From Balanoglossus misakiensis (Eukaryota > Animalia > Hemichordata), in assembly GCA_040954595.2 (NCBI GenBank), contig CM082579.2:10405625-10469624 (forward strand): a DNA stretch of 64,000 bases, in the 5' to 3' direction. How positions within the stretch are numbered: position 1 is the first letter of the stretch; each line of letters starts with the position of its first letter. Both the position numbers and the translations under genes were made by a program. The notes below the pieces were generated by a model. That model had not been told where the DNA came from. It worked only from the letters and a program-made list of their open reading frames with translations, and searched no databases. This document shows positions 51,551 to 62,830 of the stretch, in pieces.

Positions 51551-51868
51551 TACAGTTGAACACATTTTTAGTGACACATTTTTTTATTTCACATTTTTTT
51601 AATTTGTTCAGTTTGACATTTTTTTTCTTGCCTTTTTTTTGATGTGACATTGACATTCTTCTACTTGATTTGACATTTTTTACTGTTTTTTTTCTTCTCG
51701 ATTACACAATTTTTGACTGCTTCATTTAATTAGACATTTTCTTCACTGATTTTTCTATTTCAGTTTACATTTCTTCGCTACTTTCCTTTTTCGGTTGAAC
51801 GTTTTTAGTGACACATTTTTATTGCCTTTTTTCCGATGTGATATTGACATTATTTTACTTAACTTGTT

Positions 51869-53135
51869 GTTTTGTTTTGTTTTGTTTTGTTTTTTTATCT
51901 TTTATTTAAACCTTCACCTCAAATACATGCTTATATAAATATAGAAAAGACAGTGTTGTCGCAAGGGCCTGAAGAGGTTAAAAATTACAACAAACTCGTA
52001 ATTTTCTGAAAAGTTTCTAGCACCACAGCTTTTGCATCTAGTTGTTTTTCAATCTTATATCTTAACATAAATTCATTTTTGATTAAAACTTCAATCGGTG
52101 TATTCTCATTAGTCACCCAGTACTTATGGATGCTCCATTTCCCAAGAAGAATTAAAAGCTGAAAAACATAACGTTTTTATTTGGGTTTGACATTCTCGCC
52201 AGCATTTGTAAAAATAATGTCTGATGGTGTTATTTCGCTACACTCAGAACATCTAGAGATGACATATTTCAGCTTTTTCCAGCATCTTACAGCTATTTGA
52301 CAATAAATAAATCTGTGTTCCAGAGAGTCAATCTGGTGACAAAGAGGACAGAACATTGAATCATTTAACTTCCACAAGTATAAATACTTGTTACATGGTA
52401 ATAAACGTTGTAGAAGTTTCCACTGAAACTCTCTTAACCTGGTCTCTTTAGTCAAATTGTACACACTCAGCCAGATTTTGTAACAGTCGCTTTGTGGCTT
52501 AACATGGGTGATATTTAACTTAGAAAACCATTTTGAGAGCTTATCACTAGCCTGTACTGAGTGCCTCTGAATGAGATGAGTATACTGGTACAACACCTTA
52601 CAAGTTAATTTGTGGACCGGAGGTTTAGAGACGCCAAGTGTGACATCATAGTCATCACTTGCAGAGTGAGCTGCATAAAAACACCTGAATTTGGAGGACC
52701 AGACAAGGGTACGGTTCCCTGCACGGGAAGCATTGTGTTTCACCGCATACCAGGCATTCAGTACATTTACATAAAATTCAGGGAGTACAGATAAAAGAAA
52801 ATCAGGAACCCTTTGCCAAATTGAGTGTTGATGCAATAAATTTGTGGTATTATCTAAAAGCAAATATGACCATATATCATACCCAAAATACACTCCAAGA
52901 GTTTTTACAGGATTGTCAGACCAACTTATATCACCCACTTTATCGTTACATTTTCTTAAATTACCAAGTTTAAAAGTCTGCGTTTTCTTTTTATTTAACC
53001 TTAGCCCATTGCATCCCTGAAACTTTGAGAACAGACACAACAGAAGACAAATCTTCAACGAATACTGTTGTATCATCTGCAAGTAAAGATATCTTTGCTT
53101 CTTTGGCATGACCATTACCAGCAGGCAGACGAAAC
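51869..53135 (-). mobile_element. Tx1/L1 LINE copy with 3' end and internal deletion
   Basis: 312-aa fused frame 52177-53115; same TSD; poly(A) has decayed to (TTTTG)n on the plus strand. Confidence 0.9.
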
Positions 53136-53551
53136 TTACTTAAATTGTTACTGCTTTCATTATTTACTTGATATTTTTTAGTGCTTCCATTATTAATGGA
53201 CATTTCTTATTTCTCATTATTTTAAACAATTGAACTTTATTCATTTATATACAACACAGCTCATTTTCATTGTTATATTTATTATTTTACATACAGCCTT
53301 CATAGTGAGAAGTCTTCACTAAGGTGGAGTGAAGGTTGGACCCATGTTTGAATCTATTGGCTGTTGTTTTGTAATCACGTGTCTGTCAATCTATGATGTC
53401 ATAATTAGAATATGCAAATAGGAAGTCCAGTCACTGTACTTAATGTGATCGACAGATCAAGTCTTCATCATTGTGAGTGACAGCGTGTACGTGACAACAT
53501 AGCAACAGTTGAAGTTTAGCCGCTCCAAAAGTCTACGCACAGCACATCACC

Positions 53552-56500
53552 CTGACATGGCGAGTTCTCACTTATGGCATCGGGTTGGCCAAAGTCTCGC
53601 TCCCTGAAAAGGAGAGGTTGACTTGATACGCCAATATCAACTGGCTACTCGGAGACTGGCCACTTGCAATGGGTGGAAGACAACTGCCGTGAAGCTGATG
53701 TGGTTTTCTCCGTGGAATGGTTATACAAGCATCTCCTCCATCGGGATCCGCACAAGAACAGGATCCCGCAATGCAATCTCCGTCCAAGCAGCACCGTCAC
53801 GTCTGGACCCTGCTGTGATATTTGCTTGCAGACGCGGCCAGATCTTCAGACCGTCAAACATCTACTGAAAAAGTCGGGGGAGACGGTCGTCGTGGAAGAT
53901 ACCATGCAAGGCAGGGACCCAGTCACCTCCGTCCCATCAACATCCAGGGCATCCTCACCCCGAAGAACATCGACACGACCATGTTCTACAGTGGCGGCGC
54001 CCCGCAAATTATATTCTACCGTGGCTGTGCAACAACCCTTGGTGAACCACCAAGGAAGAGCTCGCAACGCCGTCAACCACTGCGAGGGCAGTCCACCCAG
54101 CCACCAAGGAAGAGCGCTCAATTCCAGTAAAGTACAGGAAATGCCAAATAACAGAGTCCTGGAATTGACAAAAAGGTATCTAAACGTAGTTTATAAGCAA
54201 CACCCATGATTAATATGCATGAGTACTTAATTCTCAAGCAGGGGTGGCATTCCCCTATTTTGAAAGAAACATGGAGAAAACAATGGGGTTAGTAATGGAC
54301 TGTAATGCAACTACATGCTAAGATCTTAATTTTAGACCTCATTGTAGAGGGGGGGGGGTTACATATCTTGCATTTGTAATTGGTATGTCAGCACAAATTT
54401 GCAGGTCATGAAAATTATTAGTTTAATAAAAAATTAGAGACATTTTGCACCAATATAATGTGCTCCCCCATCAGTTGTGCAACCTGTATCCCTGCAGGTT
54501 ATATCATATAATAGGCTAACAAATTTCTAAAGAATCGCACACAGATGCAAAGCAATCAAGTTTTATGTCTCGCTACAAACTACCCTCTGGATATCATCTT
54601 CTTATTACGCTTGTAATTATAGATTAATTTTGATGCATTGACTTTCATGATGTTGATTATAAGATATGGCTGCCATTGATTAAAGTTACATTATATGCAT
54701 CATATGTGGTAAGTGATCCAAAAGTTATATACTACATGCAGTAAGGCTCATTTACAAAATTACTTTTCTTTCTTTGTTCCACAGATACTGTATGAATTCC
54801 AGCTAATACTGGGATGTGATATGGTGGATGAAATGACTATTCGTTGGAAAAAAATGATGTATTACATTGACAAAATAATCAAGTGCAGGGAAGGTTCATC
54901 TTGTGATGATGATGATGATGATGCAGCTGATAATGAGCCTGAATATTCAACACAATAGACTTCAGAATCCGAATAAGGAATAAGTCACAGACTTCAGAAG
55001 CGAATAAGGAAAAAGTCAGATTTCGAATAAGGAATAAGTCACAGACTTCAGCTTTGAATAAGGAATAAGGAATAAGTAACAAACTTCACATTCGAATAAG
55101 GAATAAGGAATAAGTAACAAACTTCACATTCGAATAAGGAATAAGGAATAAGTAACAAACTTCACATTCGAATAAGGAATAAGGAATAAGTAACAAACTT
55201 CACGGACCCCCCTCTTTCGCCGACTTCGAACGATGGCAGAAGAACAAGGACGTACGTAAAATGGTTAAGGAAGCCTTCATAAAGGAACTGCAAATGCCCT
55301 GGAGCGTAATGGAGAAGTTGCCAATGCGGGTCTGCACTAGATCATAGATGTGAACAGACGTTCGTCAGAACTTACCAATTTAATGAACACCCGTGCGTCA
55401 TGTCGACCGCGTCAACTGTGTCAACGACGGGAGCCTCAGCCACTAGCACGACCTGTACCGCTACCGCTACCGGGTCTACTAACTACGTCGCGCTAGCAGC
55501 GCCGACTGGGGCACCTCCACACACTTGAGAGTCCACACCAAGGAAAAGTATTGTTCAAATTGTTGCAAAATTTGCATATTGATAATTTTGAGCCATATTT
55601 GCCATTTTTGGTCAATTTTTTTTCTTCTCTAAAACTGTATGCCAGATTGCTTTGAAATTTGTTAGGCATGTTCCTAGGGGAATCCCAGGTAAGATGATGC
55701 AAAAAAAAATGTGATTTTTGCATAAATGTGTTATTGGGAAATTTTTGCAACATGTACTTCAACCAAACGAGTCATTTAAGATTGATGGAGAGGTATTTGT
55801 TAATATCGTTCACGTGAAAATCACAAAGGGGGATAAGGACCGCGAAAAAAAAAGTGATGATGCAGAACGTTTTCGAAAATATAATAAGAGTATTATTCAT
55901 ATTAGAAAGAAAGATCATTTGTGTTGCGTGCGGGGAATTGTGACCGCCAAAGCATCTATTAATTAAGAGATCCAACTACACCCCCTCCCAGCTAAACGTA
56001 GATGCCTAGATCAAGACAATCAGAATGTCGAATTGTATCGGATACGCGAGGTAAATAAGCAATTTATCAAAAAAATTAAAAACAACTGCTAGCGATTACG
56101 TAGTGAATTTCACTCCTGTAAAAAGTCGGAATTAGCAGGACGCGTTAAATGCGCTGTACCAATGTTTCGATAGGTTGATAAGTGAGTTGACCAGCGATAT
56201 GAAATCGAGTGATAAAATTCGGTTAATTCTACACACACCGCAGCTAGAAAGACCTGTTAGTTTACCGTTTGTACGCATGGCGATACCTTCTCTGACAGTA
56301 AAGGAATTTCACAAATTTTTAAAGTGTTTGCTATCAGTGGGGCCATCAGACTGATAAGACATAAAGGCAAAGAGGTTTGGTGAGACTCCAATGTGACATG
56401 CATGATTTCAGCAGTGAAACATTGTTCGGAATTTTTATCATTACAGTGCTCGTCAAATGAGAGAGCAAGTAGATGCGCTATGCGGCCCTAGCTTCTCCCG

Positions 56501-57320
56501 ATGAAAGAAGGGTCAGACAGGAAAGAGACCTGGGCCGCAGTTGCTGGCAGGTGCTGTACCATTCATGCCAGGAGAGCTTCAGGCCCAGGCTGGTGGACAG
56601 CCAGTTCAGCCACCTGTTCCGGTTGTGCCACCATTGCCGGAAAGACACGCCCCTAGACCTGTGCCTATGATGGCTCCCGATCCATATCCATTCGATCAAC
56701 GGGAAGAGCCTGTGCCCAGACCAGCAGAAGACCATGCTGATGCTGTGGACCCAAGGGACATCCCCTTGCCGGAAGAACCCCTTCCCGATAGGCAGCAACC
56801 ACGACAGGGTAGAGTGCGGCTATATCAACTCGTCCGTGAAGCCCACGAATTATACATTAATTTTTTAAGGAATGACCTTCCAGATACAATTGCCAACATC
56901 AACCGCACGTTGGAGAGATTGAACGAGCATTTAGATGGACTTTGAACATTTTTTTTACTAATCTAAGTATTTTATTTCATTTTTGGTAGAATACTACAGT
57001 AACTACTAGTTTTTTATTATACTCAATATTATTATTGTTAATAAAGTAATTTAGTTTTGACAAAGATGTTGTGATGAGGAGCACTTTGTCCATAACATTC
57101 ATATAATGTTTTCATAAAGAGATCAGGAACTATGTGCAGCTTCGTGAAAGAAGTACAATTAAAAAGAAATCATACCTGTAGAGCAACTAATGAAGTGTCC
57201 CAAAGCAATGCAATGCAATGCTATTCTAAACATTACTATTTAAGATTTATTTGGCTTTGGATTTATTGGCTTGAGTTCATTCAAGGAGTTGTTTTAGTAG
57301 ATGGCTAGCCTACAGTACAT
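53552..57320 (+). repeat. Array unit 8, terminal (A-R-T-minisatellite-E-F-G-I-L-M-N)
   Basis: Similarity to the other units fades at about 57270-57320. Confidence 0.85.
54959..55203 (+). repeat. Same minisatellite, 4 copies
   Basis: Counted by eye. Confidence 0.95.
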
Positions 57321-57390
57321 CAATTATTGCTATGAGAGGGGAATTGGGCAGAGTGTCTTTAAGAGTACCACAGTATCTTAGAATTTGTCA
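57320..57390 (+). pseudogene. Very short LINE ORF2 C-terminal remnant
   Basis: STSIIAMRGELGRVSL resembles the ST.N.AV.GELGR.PL motif of several LINE clades. Confidence 0.35.
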
Positions 57391-58243
57391 AAACAATATT
57401 CATCAAGAAAGGTAGGTAGGCTTTTTACAAATTAATTCTTTATCTTCGATACCTTGACATGTACAGCATGAAACCTATCGACGCCCAAACTGAGTTTTCT
57501 ACACAACTTAAAATGATTTTGGAAAGTAACAATGCAATTCATATAATTCATGTCAACAGCACGGCGATTAGTGATAGAGCTTTTGCTCACAACCTTTTTT
57601 TTTTCAATTTCAGCTTACACTGCACAAACTGGAGAAATTTTCTTTCTCGCCTATGACCATTATGGTATCCGGGCAACTCAAAGGGAAAGTGATCAGTGAT
57701 GACACACCAGTAATTTTGATAGTGTCCAGGAACATTGCTTATATACATGTAGTATTGACCTGGCAGTGTTTCTGCAAGGTAATGTTTAATTTCCCTAAAA
57801 TTGGTTACCGTTGAAAGAGCGTGCTTTCCCTTGGTTTACTAACAATAGTATACACTGCAAAGAAGGAAATTTTATCATTTACTTTGCAGCCTTTAATCAT
57901 GGCAAAACTGACCAAACCCAGTAAAAGCAGCCAGGAATGTAGTAAATATACATTGTTGGAGAGGTCAAAGAGTATGACAGAAGTTAGAGAACAAGTCAGT
58001 GGTGGAGGCGATTCTTCAACTATACAAGCTGGTGCCGACTTGAAAAGAATGAGGAAAGAAGAAAAGTAGTCAATTCTAGAATCACTTGGCTAAGTAGCTA
58101 TACACTCCACCCGGTGCTGGTTTACTCTTGAAAACTGATCTTGGTATTACATGGTCAACATTGAGGAAACTACAAAGGTAGGTGAAATTTGTACTGTTCA
58201 GGTACATGTAATTGTACCCGGTACAAGTGCCAACCTTCTTTAG

Positions 58244-58945
58244 GGGCAAGGAATTTCGACCAGACTATGCCAGAATTGGTGAACTGAGAAGTTTGCTCCC
58301 AAAGTCTAGTATTCTAGCATTAACTGCAACAGCCACCAAGCCGATGCAACAGGATATCATCAAAATGTTGTGCATGGACAAATGTCAAATCGTTACGACC
58401 GTAGTAATACTTTTTTTTTCAAGCTATAAAAGCACCATTATTAATAGGTGACACATTTGGCTGGATGGCAGACGAGCTGAGGACAACTAAAGAAAACTGC
58501 AAGAAGTACATAATTTATTGCAGAAACATTAAGGCATGTGCAGCCTTGTACAAGTACCTTTTAGTTGAGCTGGGTGATGAGTCATGGCTAGGTCCACCGG
58601 GCATTCGAAATGCTCTATTTGCCATGTACCATCATTCAACACCAGCCAAAAACAAGCGATATGTAGAGAAAACCTTTAAGGAGACAAACTAATATACGTG
58701 TCATTATTGCCACTGTAGCATTTGGGATGGGTGTACCGGTAGATGCATCAGATATCGTCATGGTAATCCACTGGGGTGCAGCTAGGACATTTGAAGGGTT
58801 CACACAACAAGCAGGCAGGGCTGGGAGAAATGGCCAACAGTCATATTCGACTGTCTACTTTCATGCTGTAGATACTAGCCTCTGTGCTACTGATAAAATT
58901 ATGCAAAATTACTGTAAGTCGAAAGATATATGTAGAAGACAAATA
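58244..58945 (+). pseudogene. RecQ-like SF2 helicase fragment, probably transposon-borne (AcademH-like)
   Basis: GKEFRPDYARIGELRSLL..ILALTATAT, IIYCR, IRVIIATVAFGMGV..VIHWG....F.QQAGRAGRNG, CRR; broken by two frameshifts. Confidence 0.85.
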
Positions 58946-59038
58946 CCTCTTTCTGGAGTGCCCAACGGAAGAAGCAGAGGGCTCTGGGTAACCGAGACTA
59001 GACCCATCCCTAGTTATTTAACACCTGTAGTTTATTTG

Positions 59039-59134
59039 TAGTTTAATTTAGTCTAATGTAGTATGAGAAATAAAATCTATCCCTACTAGTTTAATTTAGT
59101 CTAATGTAGTATGAGAAATAAAATCTATCCCTAC
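59039..59134 (+). repeat. 48-bp perfect tandem duplication
   Basis: TAGTTTAATTTAGTCTAATGTAGTATGAGAAATAAAATCTATCCCTAC x2. Confidence 0.9.
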
Positions 59135-59242
59135 TTCACCAAGACACTCGAGTTTCTTGCCTCTTTCATTTGCCCCACATGCTGCCTTTGGCTGAATCTG
59201 GATTTAAAAGACGTTATTTATTTATTTATTTATTTATTTCAG

Positions 59243-59630
59243 GCTATAAGTAGGATGGGACTTTATTAACGACGATCAATTGAAATGCAACTGGAGTATG
59301 TATCAAACTTCAAGAAGGCAGTTGACACTTTTTAAGTATCACCTTGTGTTTGATATAGAATCAAGGAAAATGGTCCCAATTAAAAATTACGAGGATGGAT
59401 CATTTCATGTCAACATGCTGATTGCAGGAAAGTATCCTTTATCAGAAGCACTGTAATGCATGAATTACCAGTTAAATTTACTTTCTAGGCAGAATGTACC
59501 TAGTTACGTTATTCTTCCTTAATAAGCAACATTATGTTGGACAGTAATGTAGCTTTTGACCTGGCCATAGGCAAACGATCAACGTCATCTACCTTGGAAG
59601 TGATTAATAACTACACAACGCCAGCCCTCT
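59243..59630 (+). pseudogene. Two degraded EXO1-like (XPG/FEN family) exons separated by a U12-type intron
   Basis: AISRMGLY*RRSIEMQLEYVSNFKKAVDTF/KYHLVFDIESRKMVPIKNYEDG..AG then MLDSNVAFDLAIG..TLEVINNY parallels the metazoan EXO1 segment as I recall it. Donor GTATCCTTT at 59432; branch-like TTCCTTAAT at ~59515. Confidence 0.7.
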
Positions 59631-60724
59631 ATAACCAGTTATGAATTTTGAAAGTAGCACAAAAAAATGCAGTGAACAATGCGACCATTGGATAAGCCTT
59701 AATTTTAATTTTTACCGTTGGCATCATTGATATCAGCATTCAACACTGGCAAGAAATATTCTACAGACAGGGGGGTAAATTTCCACAGCTGAAAATATTT
59801 AGATTGACTGCTTTTTGTCCGAAAATGATAAATTGTTCTCTGTATCAGCACTATTAGATGATTTTTTAAATCATTTTTTTATTATACAGAATTTTTTTTT
59901 CTTCATAAATGTTGAGTGCAATATCCCCTCACACAAGTGGAATCTACCAGCATAGAGAGAGCATGTGCTGTACTCATGGATTGTCTACCGTAAATTGTTG
60001 AAATGTAACAATTTCTTTTCCGCTTCAAAAGTTTCGTTATTTCTCTTCAATTTTGAAGCCCCAAGCGACAACTTTGTATTTTGGCAGCTGCTATCTCAGG
60101 AGAACTGACATGACTAATTAGCTTAATATAGATCTATATTTTACATTTAACCCTACTTGTTCTTAATTTCAAGTGTTACAAAAAAGGTTTTTTTACTTCA
60201 TTACATTGATATAGTGTAAAACAGGTGTTTAATTCAGAGATTTTTTTTCTGTTAGTTTCAAATTTAAATTGACAGTTATATTTTTCAAAATTGAACTTGG
60301 TAGTTTTTTCTTGATCTTTTTAATTAGCTGTGTTGGCTTTGAACACTGGCAGGTACTTATCGAGTTGTATCTGCAGTATTATATCTGTTAAATTAATTCA
60401 GTTGTAATTTTAGAGTTAAGTATTTACCAACGCCTCATTCAAAAATAAAATTATATTTGCAGTCTAAAATTTATTTAAAGAAGTTCTCTAGTTAGCTGGA
60501 ATCCTACCTTGTATAAAATAATTATATCTCTAGATTTTAGGCACTGTTTAGCTGTTAGAGTTGTATCACTGCTTTGATTGTAAATTTCTCATTGTTTGTA
60601 GTCTATTAGAAATTTGGAAAGTTCTTTCAATTTTATTCTATTTACCAAAAGAAATTTTTCAAATTTAGGTTAATCTTCATCATGCCAACAACTCTTGGTG
60701 ACATACGTTATTATCTTTCTACAG

Positions 60725-61818
60725 GTTCATATCCCAAGGACAGGTCAGTTAATGAACGAAGAACCATTCGTGGCTATACGACCAAGTTTAGAATACAAGG
60801 CAAAAGTCAGAAAGAATAATTAGAGGTTATAAATGGCTAGCCATTTTAAAGTCAAGAGAAGTGCACCGTTTAATTCTGAAGCATTTTCACTCATGAAAAT
60901 AATATTTGCATGGCACAAAGGTCATGGGAAAGCTTGGATCCCTTTCTGCAGACGCATGTTTGCTGCAGATCCTGCAGAGACAAGGCGGCTACACTTGCCA
61001 AGAATTTGGAGAACTTTCGTCAGCTTTTAAGAACAAGTCAATGCAGAAATGGGAAGAAGGAAGAAGTTCTCAAACGCGTTATTCCTTGCGATAGCCACAG
61101 AGCTCGAGCTCGGAAGAGGGTACTGTTTGACCCCAACCAAGTTTTTCGCGGCGGCGGCGACAAGAATTAGGCCTAGTGCACCCGGTGCGGTATTCGGAAA
61201 CGATGATGTTCTGGTGAGTTTTATTTTAATTTGTTTTGAAAAAAAAGTTATATTTGTGAGATGGGCCATGTTTTGTGGCATTAGTGTTCTGTTCTGTTCA
61301 TAACCAACGATTGTACGATTACACTGAACAGACTAAATCATGTGACACTTGCCAAAGGTTTGAGAAGATTAAGACGTGCTCCAGAGCTCAAACCTATTCT
61401 AGTAAAAGCCCCTTGGTATATGCTTGGCATGGACTTGATTGGACCGTTTACAACCACACTTCAGGGGAATAGATATGTACTAACTATCACTGATTATTTG
61501 CCAAAAGTTTGAGAAGATTAAGACATGTGCTCCAGAGCTCAAACCTATTCTAGTAAAAGCCCCTTGGTATATGCTTGGTATGGACTTGATTGGACCATTT
61601 ACAACCACACTTCAGGGGAATAGATATGTACTAACTATCACTGATTATTTTGCCAAAGGTTTGAGAAGATTAAGACATGTGTTCCAGAGCTCAAACCTAT
61701 ACCAGTAAAAGCCCCTTGGCATATGCTTGGCATGGACTTGATAGGACCGTTTACAACCACACTTCAGGGGAATAGATATGTACTAACTATCACTGATTAT
61801 TTCACCAAGTGGCCAGAA
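60725..61818 (+). pseudogene. GIN/Ginger-like (Gypsy-type) integrase fragments
   Basis: Exon-like SYPKDRSVNERRTIRGYTTKFRIQ at 60725-60797. CDTCQRFEKIKTCAPELKPI.VKAPW.MLGMDLIGPFTTTLQGNRYVLTITDYFTKWPE at 61340-61818, with an ~150-bp segment present three times. Confidence 0.75.
61350..61803 (+). repeat. ~150-bp tandem repeat x3 derived from integrase coding sequence
   Basis: Unit starts at 61350, 61499 and 61651. Confidence 0.92.
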
Positions 61819-61821
61819 TAG

Positions 61822-62085
61822 TTATCACAAAAGCATTGATAGGCATTTGCGTGAAATGCAGTATCCAAAGAGTGTCATACGTGACGACCAATTAAAAAAA
61901 AGCAGAGAGGCACTGGCCGCCAAACGTAAAAAATTAGAAGCAGAAGGGAAAGGGAACCTGTGTGCAAAATCGTCTGCAATTGCGGAGGCCGACGAAAAAA
62001 AGCTTGTCAAAAGCGGTCATCTCGGTATTACCACCCCCGATGCTATCATCAACACCATGTGGTACAACAACACAAAACTGTTTGC
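61822..62085 (+). pseudogene. Crypton tyrosine-recombinase (DUF3504/ZMYM-KCTD1-like) fragment
   Basis: KSIDRHLREMQYPKSVIRD...KSREALAAKRKKL..EGKGN....AI...DEKKL..SG.LG..TP..IINT.WYNNTKLF. Confidence 0.8.
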
Positions 62086-62830
62086 ACAAAACCTCAGTAC
62101 AATAACTGCTAATAAAATGTAATGCCCAATGCTTTAACAATGACTGATAAAATCTCCCCACTAGCTGTTCTAAGACACTAATAAAATATTTCCAATTTCC
62201 CACCCAAAGCTTAGTGTCAAAAAAATGTTGCCTCTCCCCATAAACAGGTAACAGCATGCCTTGCTCATCCCTAACTCAACAAAATAAATGATAATGAATG
62301 TAAAATGTTATGCTAACCCCAAGCTCTTTTCTATGACAGAAAATAACATGTCATTCCCACTCCTATTTCAGTACAATGACGATGATAAAATGTCCTGCCA
62401 TTATGTAGCTCTGTTCAATGACTGTACACATGGATACCCCCTAGTGAATGCTAATAAAATGTTAAATTCACCGCTAGCTCTGATAGACTAAATGCGACAT
62501 TAACACCAGAGGACGTGTACTGATCTGAGTGAACAGATCCCGTGAGGAGTACGGTGCCCAGAGTACAAGCGTCCCAAAATGAGAATGTCGCAAGTTGACT
62601 TTCGGTGCGGCCTGCGGGGATTCTTCGACGCAATACCAAAATAGAGTCTACCAACACTGCAAGTGACAATCATCATCTCCAAACGGAGAGGTCTTTACTG
62701 ATGACAGTCTGACGAATAAACCCTAAGACTGTAAAAGCGTCCGAACTCCAACACAAACTATGTCCCTCCTGAGGTCAGCACGAGGTGCCGTCATCTCATA
62801 TATCTAATTATGCAAAGAAGTTACGCCTAC

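Larger units (their letters stand above)
46334..53551 (+). repeat. Array unit 7 (A-R-T-minisatellite-E-F-G-U-H-I-M-O[+HINE]-Tx1-P)
   Basis: T-type middle, U/H as in unit 5, Tx1 3' end as in unit 6. Confidence 0.85.
8143..57320 (+). repeat. Tandem array of 8 mosaic units made of mobile-element fragments
   Basis: The anchor CTGAC(C/A)TGGC..GAGTTCTCA recurs at 8143, 19210, 23746, 27592, 33999, 40056, 46334 and 53552. The Pro-rich module ending in GGACTTTGA, or a truncated form of it, recurs once per unit. Confidence 0.95.

Noticed and set aside
17819-53135. RT plus repeated variable regions as a diversity-generating retroelement or retron
   Set aside because: The RT is a truncated, frameshifted Tx1/L1 LINE with poly(A) and TSD, and differences between copies are not visibly adenine-specific.
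8143-57320. Intact or tandem Polinton/endogenous virus
   Set aside because: No catalytic polB, capsid, ATPase, protease, Polinton integrase or AG-repeat TIRs were recognised; only short scrambled pieces are present.
8143-57320. Pure assembly artefact
   Set aside because: Units carry private substitutions, indels and TE insertions with matching empty sites. Read-level confirmation is still advisable.
58244-58945. Functional host RecQ gene (WRN/BLM/RECQL)
   Set aside because: Frameshifted, lacks motifs I-II and the C-terminal domains, and is largely intronless, which fits a transposon-derived remnant.
60900-61200. Short Cys-containing ORF (VCCRSCRDK) as a gene
   Set aside because: Too short and unassignable; probably another TE scrap.
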